Source: a virus
Taxonomy: Duplodnaviria > Caudoviricetes
DNA length: 64,000 nucleotides
IMG/VR virus record: IMGVR_UViG_3300008259_002957
Reading direction: 5' to 3' (one strand)
Shown here: positions 1-11,300 of the stretch, piece after piece
Numbering within the stretch: the stretch's first letter is position 1
Layout of the letters: every line of letters starts with the position of its first letter
Made by a program: the position numbers and the translations under genes
Notes under the pieces: generated by a model
Database searches by the model: none
The model's input: only the letters and a program-made list of their open reading frames with translations
What the model was told of the DNA's origin: nothing

Positions 1-3
1 ATC

Positions 4-3000
4 TTAAAGACCTGCAATTTCTCCTGTGTTCTTAAGACGTAGCGGAATATAAATAAATTCAATTGCCTTAACTGGTTCAATTGCAATATCTACATACAGT
101 TCGTTTCTATCAATTCTACTTGGTGTGTTGTTTGTTTCATCACACACAACTAGATAGTCGTAAAGTGCTCTTAAGCCTACAAGTTCAACCAATAGACTTT
201 CTACCTGCTGTTTGATTTCATCGCGTGTAATTTTGTCGTTTGGTTCAAATATATAAGGCTTTGCAAGTGTTTTTAATTGGCTGCGTAGATAAATTACAAG
301 ACGTGCTACGTTAACTCTATCTAGAGCACTTGCATTTCTTGCACGAGTCTTTTGACCATAAACTACAAGACCTGCACCGTTAAGGAACGTGATTGGGTTA
401 ACGTTGTTTTGGTACAATGTGTCTCTTTGTCCAGTGTTAAGAGCAGTGCTTATAAATTCACCTTCACTGTTTAAGTAACCTGTTGCAGTTGCGTTAGTTA
501 CACCACCGCGACGTGTACCAGCAGGAGCAAACCATGGATATGCAACTTGGTCATTGAGTGCAATAACACGCAATACCATGTGACTTGGCGGTACAACAAT
601 GTTGTTGCCTGCATTATCGCTACTAAAGCCCCATGGATAGTAAACACCTAGATATTCGTCTCTGCTTACTAGTCCGGAGTCGTTATCCTCTACGGCGCTG
701 TTAACGTTGGTTGCCCAGTTGCTAATTGCAGTTGTAGTCGGTTGCAATCTTGCAGGACTATCACCAACAACAAACGCTGTTAGGCCTCTGTCATTATTTA
801 GACTAATCAATTCACCAATTAGTTCTGGATATCCAGGGCAAGCAATTAGGTTGAATATTCTTGATTCATCATCTCTAACATCCTGATTGCTGTTTACACT
901 TGCTTGTAGAGAACGTACAACTACTTTGCGTTGTGCATTTAATCCAAACGATCCTGAACCGTCGTCATTGTTTTGTGATTCAGTAACCCAACGGTGTGGA
1001 TAGTAACCACTCATTGATTCGTCACCGACTCTAGTATTTTCACCATCAATATCGATGTAGTTACGCTCAAAACGCTTCACGTTAAATCCGCTGCGACGTA
1101 GGTTCCATAGCAACATACCGCGTGGGTATAGTGACGGATCTGGTGCATCAGGATCGAGATAATCACTCTCAAGTAGTTCTGTGATTTCGCCAGCAACATC
1201 GCTGTTTGCGCCAGCAGTGTTATAACGTGCATCAGCAAATAATACACCGTTTTCAGTTGTTTGATCAGTTTTATCAATTAGTACCCATTTGCTGGTTACA
1301 CTGCTATAACGATAAATTTGCGGATAGTTTTGTATGTCTGCGGTAGAGATCCATAGATCACCGTCAACTAAGTTGCTGAGATCTGAACGGTCGCCGTTTA
1401 TAGGTTCTGATGCGCCAACAATAGGTCCGGCTGGGTCAGTTAGAGGATAAACTTCTCTATATCCCTTCCAAATAGTGCCGTTGTGTACCATGATGTCAAC
1501 TTCGTCATTAACACTGCTATACCATAGAGCACCATCTGCAGGAATAGTAGTAGGTGCAGTATCTTGTGCGTCATAAACCAACGCCTTCCAAAGTGTTGCT
1601 ACAAACTGCTTTGGCGAAGTACTAACATCAGTGCCTGGTACAAAGTATAGATTTGTAGTTGTTGTTGAGATTGTTGCATCAAATGGTGTAAAGATATTAT
1701 CAAAACCGCCAGTAGTATCAACTATTCTAATTTCTCCGCCAGTTGCATGTGAAATTACAACTCTGTTTTGACTATCAACTGTTGCTGTAATATTTGTAAA
1801 TCCTGCACTGTTAATAGCATTTGCTAATGTATCTGCGTCTGTTCCTACGTTTCCTGAAGTAAACGAGATAGTTTTAGTAGTTAGCGTACTAACCCCTGTT
1901 GTACTTTCTGACATATCAAATGTGAAAGTACCAATTGGGAAAGAACCTACTGCAACTCTGCTACTAGTAATAGTAGTTGCACCTGAACCATTTTTTCTAA
2001 AGATTTTAAAATCTGCTAGAGTATTAGTAGCCTCTGAAGAATTATACTGTATGTATAGAGATCCTTCGGCAATGTTTGCGCCGCCACCAGTGCTGTCTAA
2101 TCCATAAATGGCTGAGTGATTAGTTGCGTAGATTGGAGAGTTAATTTTTGTCCACGAATCTGTATCGGAACTGTAACGCTTAACATCCCAATTTGCACCT
2201 AGATTTGGAGTTGTAATCTTAACCCAAATAGAACCTGTTGGACGTGGCGAAACGTCTGCTGTTTTAAACGCAGGAACTTGTGTGTGAGGTGATACTTGAA
2301 TTGATGGTGGATAATATAATCTAGGCTGTGTAATGCCCAGTGCAGAAAATGTTGCATCATCACCAAATAGTTCAATTACATCGCCATTTGAACCGTTATA
2401 GAAAAGATTTAGTCTACCGTTTGTAACACTAGCAGTAATACCATCTGCTACTAGTGCGCTGTTTGCATTTATGTCTGCTGCTAGTTGTGCTACAGTTGTA
2501 CCTGTTGTTATGATTTCATAAAGTGTTGCACCACTACTATCTGCTGTTAGACTGATTCCAAAAACTTTTCCAGTGGTTAGTGTTGGATTAGCAATAGACG
2601 CAGTTACAAATGGAAAACTTGCTTTCCACGCTGCGCTTCCAACTGCAACCCAAGTACCTGCAGAATTCTTATACCATAGTTTATTAGTATTTGTAACAGC
2701 AACAACAGCATAGTCACCAATTGCACCTACACTACCTTTTGGTGTATAATTTGCACCACTGAAGTTAACTACTTTGGTTGTGTCTGTGATAACCAACGGA
2801 ACTTTATTTACAAATGTTTGTCCACCAGTAACGTTTGCAGCATTGCCGTTCCACTCAAATACACCGTATAGCGAGTCATTGGTGTCAAACCAGTATGCAC
2901 CATTAGTTGGCTTGCCGGCAGTTTCTGTTGCACTAGCAGTAAGTGCAGAAAGGTCTAGATTTGCTCTTACAACATATGCTCTGTTTGAAACACCAAGGAA

Positions 3001-3297
3001 TGAGTACGCTGCTTGAAGACCATATTCGTTTTGTTCGCCGCCGTGTATTGGATTGTTATTAGCATCTGTATAAAACAGTGCATCGCCAAATGTTTCAGAA
3101 AGTTCTCTCTGTGATGAAACCAAGTAAACTTTACCAGCGTTTGATGCTAGTGTACCGGGTGCAATACCAGTGCCTCCTGGATTCGGTTTATTTGTTTGAG
3201 TTGCGATAAAAATAAGAGGTACAGTACCCGGTTCGGCCGGAGTATAAAAACTCTCGTCGATAACGCTAACCTGTACGCCTGGTGATACCAATGCCAT
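4..3297 (-). CDS. gp18: Tail sheath protein (T4 gp18-like), enlarged to 1097 aa
   Basis: N-term MALVSPGVQVSVIDES and C-term YPWFAPAG.RRG, NPI..GQKT, LDRVNVARL, FEPND, DIAIEPVKAIEFIYIPL are typical sheath motifs. AGGAG SD and TAAATA box upstream. Confidence 0.95.
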   Translation of the reverse strand: MALVSPGVQVSVIDESFYTPAEPGTVPLIFIATQTNKPNPGGTGIAPGTLASNAGKVYLVSSQRELSETFGDALFYTDANNNPIHGGEQNEYGLQAAYSFLGVSNRAYVVRANLDLSALTASATETAGKPTNGAYWFDTNDSLYGVFEWNGNAANVTGGQTFVNKVPLVITDTTKVVNFSGANYTPKGSVGAIGDYAVVAVTNTNKLWYKNSAGTWVAVGSAAWKASFPFVTASIANPTLTTGKVFGISLTADSSGATLYEIITTGTTVAQLAADINANSALVADGITASVTNGRLNLFYNGSNGDVIELFGDDATFSALGITQPRLYYPPSIQVSPHTQVPAFKTADVSPRPTGSIWVKITTPNLGANWDVKRYSSDTDSWTKINSPIYATNHSAIYGLDSTGGGANIAEGSLYIQYNSSEATNTLADFKIFRKNGSGATTITSSRVAVGSFPIGTFTFDMSESTTGVSTLTTKTISFTSGNVGTDADTLANAINSAGFTNITATVDSQNRVVISHATGGEIRIVDTTGGFDNIFTPFDATISTTTTNLYFVPGTDVSTSPKQFVATLWKALVYDAQDTAPTTIPADGALWYSSVNDEVDIMVHNGTIWKGYREVYPLTDPAGPIVGASEPINGDRSDLSNLVDGDLWISTADIQNYPQIYRYSSVTSKWVLIDKTDQTTENGVLFADARYNTAGANSDVAGEITELLESDYLDPDAPDPSLYPRGMLLWNLRRSGFNVKRFERNYIDIDGENTRVGDESMSGYYPHRWVTESQNNDDGSGSFGLNAQRKVVVRSLQASVNSNQDVRDDESRIFNLIACPGYPELIGELISLNNDRGLTAFVVGDSPARLQPTTTAISNWATNVNSAVEDNDSGLVSRDEYLGVYYPWGFSSDNAGNNIVVPPSHMVLRVIALNDQVAYPWFAPAGTRRGGVTNATATGYLNSEGEFISTALNTGQRDTLYQNNVNPITFLNGAGLVVYGQKTRARNASALDRVNVARLVIYLRSQLKTLAKPYIFEPNDKITRDEIKQQVESLLVELVGLRALYDYLVVCDETNNTPSRIDRNELYVDIAIEPVKAIEFIYIPLRLKNTGEIAGL

Positions 3298-3330
3298 TGT
3301 CTATTCTCCTTGTGGATCTTTGCTTAATAT

Positions 3331-3336
3331 TATTTA
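3331..3336 (-). promoter_or_regulatory. T4-type late promoter (TAAATA) for the sheath gene
   Basis: GCTAAATAATATT about 35 nt upstream of the sheath ATG. The same hexamer precedes most structural genes in the window. Confidence 0.7.
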
Positions 3337-3384
3337 GCATATCCATCGAGAAAATACTCGTTACAACACCAAAAAAAGCGTAGT

Positions 3385-3882
3385 TTATAATATGTGATTA
3401 ACCAACTGATCTATATTACGTTCTAATTCTGCTAAAGAACCGTTGTTATCAATTACATAATTTGCCATCCAAATTTCAAGACTCATAGAAGTTGGAGGTT
3501 CTGGAGGCAAATAATCTGACCTATCAACCCAAATTGCATAATCAAATACGCCTGTGTTACGCATTGCATGAAATTCTGCTTTGTTACGTAATCCGCAATA
3601 GATATCATGTTCTTCGAATATTTCTCTACCCAGTCGTGCTGCGTCAGGACGACAATAATCACGAATCATTTCATACCATTCTTGGCGATGATTATGACGA
3701 TCTGCGTAGCATTCTTCTTCGTTATAATATCCATAAACGTTTTTTAGACGATCAAAGATAAATCGCTTACTACAAAAACGACTAGAAGATTCAAAGTTAA
3801 ATTTGTATTTTTCTTTTAAAATTTCGCAGACTGTGTCTTTACCATGTCTGCCGTGTCCGATTACTAGTAATTTTTTTCTCAT
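3385..3882 (-). CDS. Deoxynucleoside monophosphate kinase-like P-loop protein (T4 gp1-like)
   Basis: N-terminal LLVIGHGRHGKDTV P-loop, plus CGLRNKAEF and IDNNGSLAEL motifs as in phage dNMP kinases. Confidence 0.7.
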   Translation of the reverse strand: MRKKLLVIGHGRHGKDTVCEILKEKYKFNFESSSRFCSKRFIFDRLKNVYGYYNEEECYADRHNHRQEWYEMIRDYCRPDAARLGREIFEEHDIYCGLRNKAEFHAMRNTGVFDYAIWVDRSDYLPPEPPTSMSLEIWMANYVIDNNGSLAELERNIDQLVNHIL

Positions 3883-3887
3883 AATGT

Positions 3888-3917
3888 ATATTAAAATAAT
3901 TTTAGATATTTGTCAAC
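3888..3917 (-). promoter_or_regulatory. sigma70-type promoter (TTGACA-N18-TAATAT) for the kinase gene
   Basis: TTGACA at 3917-3912 and TAATAT at 3893-3888, with the ATG only 5 nt further on. Confidence 0.55.
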
Positions 3918-4402
3918 CAAACGTTATTAGGTCCTACATCATATTTTTTTATAACTTCATTTACAGCACGATTAACACCAGGAAAGTCGATATCATGTCC
4001 GGTTAACAGGCCGCCGTTTTTGAGTTTAGGTGCGTATGCTGCTATGTCTTTTTTAACCCATTCGTAACTGTGGTCAGCATCTATAAAAACTAAATCTAAA
4101 CTGTTATTGGACATACTGTTAGCACCCTCAACACTTAATGCTTCAACAGGTATTAATCTTCTACCGTACTTTTCTTTAATTTTGTTATTATAAAAACCTG
4201 CAATACTTTTGTCAACAGCATAGATTGTTAAATCAAGATTTTGGTCTAGCAGATGAAAGGTAGTGCGGCCGTCTCGAACACCCACTTCTGCCATTGTTTT
4301 AACATTGTGTTTTTTTATTAACCAATCAAGAAAATAACGTCTATTGCTTTTACCTGTCCAGGGTACAGTTATATCAACTGCTATACGAGGTCCTTTAGCC
4401 AA
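3902..4402 (-). CDS. Class I SAM-dependent methyltransferase (Methyltransf_24-like)
   Basis: MAEVGVRDG motif I, YAVD motif II, DLVFIDADHSYE..KKD and GGLLTGHD. TTG start overlaps the gp13 stop. Confidence 0.85.
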   Translation of the reverse strand: MAKGPRIAVDITVPWTGKSNRRYFLDWLIKKHNVKTMAEVGVRDGRTTFHLLDQNLDLTIYAVDKSIAGFYNNKIKEKYGRRLIPVEALSVEGANSMSNNSLDLVFIDADHSYEWVKKDIAAYAPKLKNGGLLTGHDIDFPGVNRAVNEVIKKYDVGPNNVWLTNI

Positions 4403-5159
4403 TTAAAAATCCATATCCGTAGCCGCCAGCAAGGCCTAGTGCTACTTCGTTATCTAACTTTTCCATTTCTGCTTGTGCTTCTGCTTTAAGACTCGCACCA
4501 TTAAGCGAAGTACCACCTTGCGGGCCAGCAATAGTAGCAAACTTTTCACGTGCTTCCCCTAGCATATACTTACAACTTGCAAGTGTGTAATCTTTGATCC
4601 ACTGTTTTGATAGATAATCTACTAACAATTCACTGTCCGGTCTATGATTATAGCAGAACAATAGAATTTCTTCACCGGCTCTGGGACGTTGCAACAACGT
4701 CATTTTTCTAGTTGCTGGGTTCCAGGTAAATTCAATAAAACTTCCAAACATACGTCCTACCAATTCTTGTTGCTGTGCAAAAAGTTCGTAAGATAACAAG
4801 CCGCCCATTCCAGACCCTGCAAGCAAGTATGTATTTGTGTAAGCCAAGTTAAACGGTTCAAACAAACTACTGCCATCGCCGCCACCACTGCGTGATCCTA
4901 CACTACGTCTAAAGCATTGACGAACTTCTACAATTTCATGTGGTAAAATGTATTCGTTTTGATCTTCAACTAGTTTGAGCGTTATATAACTTTCTTCTAC
5001 TGAGTTTCCGCCACGCTGTCTATATCTAGTAAGTGCTTTTGTTAATGCAGTATTATAGTGTATTGGATCTAGTTCTACATCAACCATTCCGCCGCCAAGG
5101 AATGTATGAACATAATCAAATACTTCTTGCTTTAATGTTACTAAATTATTATCAGCCAT
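4395..5159 (-). CDS. gp13: Neck protein (T4 gp13-like)
   Basis: LGGGMVDVELD, WIKDYTLASCKYMLG..R.KF and GGTSLNG motifs of gp13-type head-tail adaptors. SD GGAG. Confidence 0.85.
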   Translation of the reverse strand: MADNNLVTLKQEVFDYVHTFLGGGMVDVELDPIHYNTALTKALTRYRQRGGNSVEESYITLKLVEDQNEYILPHEIVEVRQCFRRSVGSRSGGGDGSSLFEPFNLAYTNTYLLAGSGMGGLLSYELFAQQQELVGRMFGSFIEFTWNPATRKMTLLQRPRAGEEILLFCYNHRPDSELLVDYLSKQWIKDYTLASCKYMLGEAREKFATIAGPQGGTSLNGASLKAEAQAEMEKLDNEVALGLAGGYGYGFLIG

Positions 5160-5175
5160 TGTGATTCTCCTAAAC

Positions 5176-5202
5176 TATTTATCGTTTATATTAGGCTAAA
5201 TA
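5176..5202. promoter_or_regulatory. Back-to-back late promoters (TAAATA on - at 5176-5181, on + at 5197-5202)
   Basis: Two TAAATA boxes in opposite orientation in the 47-bp gap between the divergent gp13 and gp14 genes. Confidence 0.7.
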
Positions 5203-5206
5203 TTGT

Positions 5207-6364
5207 ATGCCAAGACTATCTCTTTATAGACCCGAAAAAAGCAATGATTATGAATTCTTAGATAAAGTTATCTTGGAACAATTTTCTATTGGCGGTACTG
5301 ACATTTACTTACACAAGTATTTAGGTCCAAAGAATCCTCAAACAGGCCAAGGTACTGCGGATCAACCAACCTACGATACACTGGATCCTCTTAATATACA
5401 AGACTTGTTATTTTTAGAAAATAGAGATAGAGAATATGACCAAGATATCTATAGAATAAGAGGCATTTATAATTTACAAGACAACGATTTTAATCTAAGT
5501 CAGTTTGGATTGTTTTTAAGTAACGATATTGTTTTTATGACTGTCCACATTAATTCAACTGTTAAGACACTGAGTAGAAAAATTATTTCAGGTGATGTTA
5601 TTGAACTACCACACTTGGCTGACGAATATGCTCTCAACGGGTACGACCTTGCACTTAAACGATTTTATGTTGTTGAAGAAGTCACCCGTGCGTCTGAAGG
5701 TTTTAGTCAAACTTGGTACCCACACTTGTATAGATTAAAGTTAAAACAACTTGTTCCAAGTCAAGAATACCAAGACATACTGGATAAGCCCGCTGGAGAA
5801 AATACAGGTACAACCATTGGTGACTTACTAAGCACCTATAATAAAGAGATTGAAATCAACGATGCTGTTATTGCTCAAGCAGAAGCAGATGCAGGATTGA
5901 GTGGTTACAACACTAGTCATTTCTATACATTACAAGTTGATGAAAACGGAAAAGCAGAATTAGTCACAGCCGATTTAACCAATCTAGATGCTAGTGCTTC
6001 CAGTGAGTTTGCAGATAGAATAAATCAAACTCCGGTAAGAGAAGGATATTCGGGATACTTACTAGGAGACGGTTTTGCTCCCAATGGTGAAGCGTTTGGA
6101 AGCGGCATTACATTTCCTCAGGCGGCAATCAAAGGAGATTACTTCTTAAGAACAGATTTTATGCCTAATAGACTATTTAGATTTGACGGGAGCAGATGGG
6201 TGAAGGTTGAAGACAATGTAAGACATACACTTACAAATAGTGCAATAAGAAGAACTCAAAAAGGTACATTTATTAATAATACAAACACAGATACAATCTG
6301 CGGCGATACCATAGACGAAAGACAAAGCCTAAGTAAGGCATTGAGACCTAGGGCAGATAACTAA
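5207..6364 (+). CDS. gp14: Neck / head-closure protein (T4 gp14-like) with C-terminal extension
   Basis: QDLLFLENRDREYD, LSQFGLFL, GDVIELPHL motifs. Located beside gp13 and gp15. Confidence 0.75.
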   Translation: MPRLSLYRPEKSNDYEFLDKVILEQFSIGGTDIYLHKYLGPKNPQTGQGTADQPTYDTLDPLNIQDLLFLENRDREYDQDIYRIRGIYNLQDNDFNLSQFGLFLSNDIVFMTVHINSTVKTLSRKIISGDVIELPHLADEYALNGYDLALKRFYVVEEVTRASEGFSQTWYPHLYRLKLKQLVPSQEYQDILDKPAGENTGTTIGDLLSTYNKEIEINDAVIAQAEADAGLSGYNTSHFYTLQVDENGKAELVTADLTNLDASASSEFADRINQTPVREGYSGYLLGDGFAPNGEAFGSGITFPQAAIKGDYFLRTDFMPNRLFRFDGSRWVKVEDNVRHTLTNSAIRRTQKGTFINNTNTDTICGDTIDERQSLSKALRPRADN

Positions 6365-7869
6365 TGAGTTTACATTTTTACGACGGCCAAATAAGAAGAT
6401 ATATAACACAAATTATTAGACTGTTAAGTAATTTCAGTTATCAACAAAGCGATGGCACACTAAAAAGAGTGCCAGTGTTGTATGGTGATATATCTAAACA
6501 AGTTGCTGCACTAATTCAAGAAAACAGTGAAAATAAAATGCCGTCAATTCCTCGTATGGCTGTATATGTTACCAATCTTGAAATGGACAGAAATAGAACC
6601 AGTGATTCAAGTTTTGTTTCTAAAGTACACATTAGAGAACGTGCATACGACGAAGCAGGAAACGAATATTTAAATACTCAAGGACGTAACTATACAGTTG
6701 AACGTTTAATGCCAACACCATATACGTTAACTGTACAAACAGATATTATTACAAGTAACTTTGACCAAAAACTACAGATTATGGAACAAATACTAATGCT
6801 GTTTAATCCTAGTCTTGAGATTCAAACAACAGATAACTTTGTTGACTGGACTAGTTTAACCACTGTTAATCTAGAAAATATAACATTTTCAAATAGAACT
6901 ATTCCAGTTGGTACTGAATCTACCTATGATGTATTTTCTTTAACTTTTGCAACTCCTATATATATTTCGCCGCCTGCAAAGGTTAAACGTTTGGGTGTTA
7001 TCACAAATATCATTACTAGTATTTTTACAGATTCAGATGGAAATATAGAACTAGGAATCAACGATGGGAATAATCTCGAAGTCGTTGAAACTAGAGAATT
7101 AACTGATGCTGACGGTAATACTGAGAGATTGGTTGACTATGGACAGTTTCCTAATGTTGGTACAGGCGAAATTGATATTAATGTTAAAAGAACTCTTAGA
7201 CCCATCCAAGCAGGTGCATCATCAAGTAATACAACATACCTTAGTTTAGGATTGTATGTTATTAATAATAAAGCATATATTATCGACAAAGGGTCCATCG
7301 GTACATTTAATTGGACTGCACTAGCAGAAGCATATCCGGGTTGTTACAAGCCTGGTATTAGTCAAATTAGATTATTAAAATCCGATGGAACATATATTGT
7401 AGGTTATATAACTGTTAATCCGTTAAATCAAACAGAACTCTTTGTAGACTGGGACGAAGACACCCTTCCGAGCAACACTGTTCTTACAGGCCCAGCAAGA
7501 AACCCAAATAGTTATACAAGTATTGATTATATTATTGATCCACTGCGCTGGAACCCAGAAACACGACTTGTATCAGGACTAAGACTTCTTACACTCGGAA
7601 AAATAGGCAACGATGCAAACGACGACGGTGCAGATGGGTGGAAAGATCAAACCAGTCCGTTTGGTGATTTAGTTGCAGGTGAAAATGACATCATAGAGTA
7701 CGACGGCGAAGAATGGCATATAATTTTTGATGCTAGTACAGCAACTGAAGAAATCTATATTATTAACTTAGCAACAAATTCTCAATACAGATGGACCGGT
7801 GAGTTTTGGACCAAGAGTTACGAGGGTGAGTGGTCACAAGGAGCATGGATGCTGTTCCCCGAAGGCTAA
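6364..7869 (+). CDS. gp15: Tail terminator / sheath stabiliser (T4 gp15-like) with C-terminal extension
   Basis: HFYDGQIRRYI, VPVLYG, PTPY.L, LQIMEQIL..FNP motifs typical of gp15 homologues. Confidence 0.8.
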   Translation: MSLHFYDGQIRRYITQIIRLLSNFSYQQSDGTLKRVPVLYGDISKQVAALIQENSENKMPSIPRMAVYVTNLEMDRNRTSDSSFVSKVHIRERAYDEAGNEYLNTQGRNYTVERLMPTPYTLTVQTDIITSNFDQKLQIMEQILMLFNPSLEIQTTDNFVDWTSLTTVNLENITFSNRTIPVGTESTYDVFSLTFATPIYISPPAKVKRLGVITNIITSIFTDSDGNIELGINDGNNLEVVETRELTDADGNTERLVDYGQFPNVGTGEIDINVKRTLRPIQAGASSSNTTYLSLGLYVINNKAYIIDKGSIGTFNWTALAEAYPGCYKPGISQIRLLKSDGTYIVGYITVNPLNQTELFVDWDEDTLPSNTVLTGPARNPNSYTSIDYIIDPLRWNPETRLVSGLRLLTLGKIGNDANDDGADGWKDQTSPFGDLVAGENDIIEYDGEEWHIIFDASTATEEIYIINLATNSQYRWTGEFWTKSYEGEWSQGAWMLFPEG

Positions 7870-7877
7870 TTATTTGT

Positions 7878-8324
7878 ATGAAGAAAATAATTTGCTCCGG
7901 TGCTCTTTTCTATACGCTGACCACTAATCGTTTTTTATTGTTACACAGAACTCAAAGTAAACAAAACAACGTTTGGGGACTGGTTGGTGGCACCAACGAA
8001 ACTACCGAAACTCCTTGGGAAGGATTAAAACGTGAAATCCAAGAAGAAATTGGTATTATACCCGAAATAAAAAAAGCAATACCCTTAGAAACTTTTGTTA
8101 GTAACGATGAGCAATTTTTATTTCATACGTATTTGTGTGTAGTTGACAGTGAATTTATTCCACAATTAAACAGCGAGCATGATGGCTATGCTTGGGTTAG
8201 TTTTGGTAAATGGCCAAAACCTTTACACACAGGCTTGGCCAATACTTTAAGATCAAAAACCAATCAGCAAAAATTAGAAACAGTTTTTAAACTAATAGGC
8301 ATGTTTGATCAAACTGTTCTTTAA
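7878..8324 (+). CDS. Nudix hydrolase
   Basis: Perfect Nudix box G-x5-E-x7-REIQEEIG (GTNETTETPWEGLKREIQEEIGI). Start moved to ATG 7878 just after the gp15 stop. Confidence 0.9.
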   Translation: MKKIICSGALFYTLTTNRFLLLHRTQSKQNNVWGLVGGTNETTETPWEGLKREIQEEIGIIPEIKKAIPLETFVSNDEQFLFHTYLCVVDSEFIPQLNSEHDGYAWVSFGKWPKPLHTGLANTLRSKTNQQKLETVFKLIGMFDQTVL

Positions 8325-11300
8325 GCCAGTCAAAGTTGTTGATCATTTTGAGTGCTTCAAGATTGCCTGTATTTGCCAATCCGTAAAGTTTTCCTGCATT
8401 TGCACCTGCAATGCAGTATTCACCAAACGGTTTATCTTGACCTCTGGTACACCAAACGTTTAATCTAAAATCAGTTTCTTCGTCGAGTTGTCCGTTGATA
8501 GACTTACTAGCAAGTTTAACTGTTTCTCTAAAAGCACTGCGCCAAGTGCTAAACGGGTCTGTGTTAAATTTAGTAATGTTGCTAATTCTATTAATACTTT
8601 TAAAGTAAGGTGAAATACTTGTAGTCATGTCCGGCTTTGAGGTATCCATATTTAGAGTTAGTTCTCTTGGTAGTAGTTTTACAGCACCGTAACCGTAAAC
8701 AAGACTGTTTATAGGATTTTGTGCTTTCCATACGTGTACAGTTTTGCGACTGTCTGGATCGTATGCAGGAACATAATAATCAAAATTAAACTTGGGAATA
8801 ATTTCTGCGTCAGCGTCAACGATCCAAATCATATCAGTAGAGCATAATTTTGCTGCCGCAATATGTGCGTTGTGTACACCTTTGACTCCATGCACACGCT
8901 TTGCTCTCGAAAAACGTTCCAACAACTTTGCATAATTTTCGTCTGCATCTTCTTCGTCGTTGCTAATAAACACAATGTCGTAAGGTGCAGGTTCGCTGGC
9001 AATAACATCGTATTGTTTTTTATTAGCAAAGAAACGCATCTTAATTTCTTTTTCTGTAACAAATGTCTTTTTAGAAATCAATGATACACCGTCATAGGCA
9101 GTTCCATTCATGTACACATGATTGATTTCTCTTTCAAATTTTTCATAATGTGGAAAATATAAATCAAAAGCAAAGTCCGATTTTACATTTACTTCTGGAG
9201 GAATCATCCAAAACATGTTTGTTTTAGATTTTTCAACTGCATCGATATAATCTTGATATGTATCAACACTAAACTTTTCATATTGGCGAGGCGTAGATGC
9301 AACAATATCCCAGTCTTTTTTATTAATGTAAAACCTGTTTTCAATTTCTCTTTCAGTTACTGGCGAGTGTTTACTGAACAACACAATTCCGTCACGATGT
9401 TCGCCGTTAAGCATAACATGATTTATTTTTCTATCATATTCATTATCGTGAGTAAAATATAAATCAAAATCAAATGTTAGTTCAACATCATTGGGTATTC
9501 CCCAAAACATTTCTGTAGAGGATTCTTCAAATGCTTTAAAATAATCAACGTAGTTGTTGATTACAAAACAATTGTATTGTTTTTTAGTGCTAGCAACAAT
9601 GTCCCATTCTTTTCTATTAACTATATGTCTATATTCAATTTCTCTTTCGGTAAGAGGAACATGTTTACTGCATAAGAACAGGCCATTGTAGTATTTTACA
9701 TCATCGACTAGATGAACAAACACATGATTTTGTTTACGGTCATATTCGTTATCATGTGTAAAGTAGATGTTGGGTACAGTAGCAGAGATATTTCTACTGC
9801 TCATCCAAAACATTTCTGTAGTAGAATTTTCAAGAGCAAAAAGATAGTCGTTATAAGAATCTATTTCAAATACATCATACTTTACAAGACTACTGCCTAC
9901 AATATTCCATTCTTTACGTTCGGCTGGGAATCTATGTTCTATTTCACGTTCTGTTAATATTTTTTTCTTGCTTAACAATAACAACCCATTATATAGGAGG
10001 TCAGCATCGACTTTATGTTCAAAAGCATGATTCTGGTTTCTATCAACAGTGTCGTGATGAGATATATAAAATGTTTTAATTAGTTCTTGATTAACAGATA
10101 TGTTTTTGCTGCCTGCCCAAAACAGATCTGTAGAGGATTTTTCTAATGCTATAAGATAATCGCTGTAGGATTCGATGTTAAAGTAATCAAAAGATTTAGG
10201 AGTACTAGCAACTATATTCCATTCTTTTTTAGTTATATAAAATCTATAATCGATTTCTTTTTCAGTTAATTCAACGTGTTTACTAAACAACACAATGCCA
10301 TCGTAGGTATCGTTATTTAAAAATACGTGTGTAATATTTCTATCATAAAAATTTTGATGTTCAAAATATAAATCAAAGTCGTAATTGATTTCTACGTCAG
10401 ATGGAATTCCCCAAAACATTTCGGTTGAACTATTTTGTTTTGCATTTAGATAGTCTTGATAATTGTTAATTATAAACTGATTGTATTTCTTTTTTTTACT
10501 GCCTACAATGTCCCATTCTTTGCGTTCAGCAGGAAATCTATGTTCTATTTCACGTTCAGATAATAATTTATTTTTACTTAATAAAAATAAACCATTATAC
10601 AATTTACTGTCAACAACATCATGAACAAACGCATGATTTTGATTTCTATCAACAGAATTGTGATGTGATATGTAAAACGCTTTGATTAATTTTTGATCAG
10701 TATCGATATTTTTACTGCTTGCCCAAAATAAATCTGTAGTAGATTTATTTACAGCATCTAAATATTCATCAAAAGAATCTATCTCAAAGTAGTCAAAAGA
10801 TTTAGGAATACTAGCAATCATATCCCATTCTTTTTTATTTGCATAAAATCTATGACTGAATTCTTTTTCTGTAATTGGAGAATTTTTACTAAACAGTGCA
10901 ATGCCATCGTAATCAGTTCCGTTTAACCAAACGTGATTTATATTTCTATCATACTGATTTTGATGACTAAAGTAAACGTCAAACTTAAAATCTTCACTTA
11001 CAACCACGTCGTCTGGAATAAACCAGAATAGGTCTGTTTTTGAAGTTTGTATTGCATCAAGGTAATCTTGATACGTTTTTAAATAAAATTGATCATACGG
11101 TGCAGGGTTGCTGGCAATAATGTTAAGTTCTTTTTTGTTAGCATAATACCTATACTGCTTTTCTTTTTCTGTAGGCTGATAACTTTTTGGAAAGAGTGCA
11201 ATACCATCTCTAGTTTCTTTGTTGCCATTGCCAAGTACATGAGTGAACTTATGACTCCAGTCGTCTGGAATATATGAAAATTTAAAAAAGTCAGAAACTA

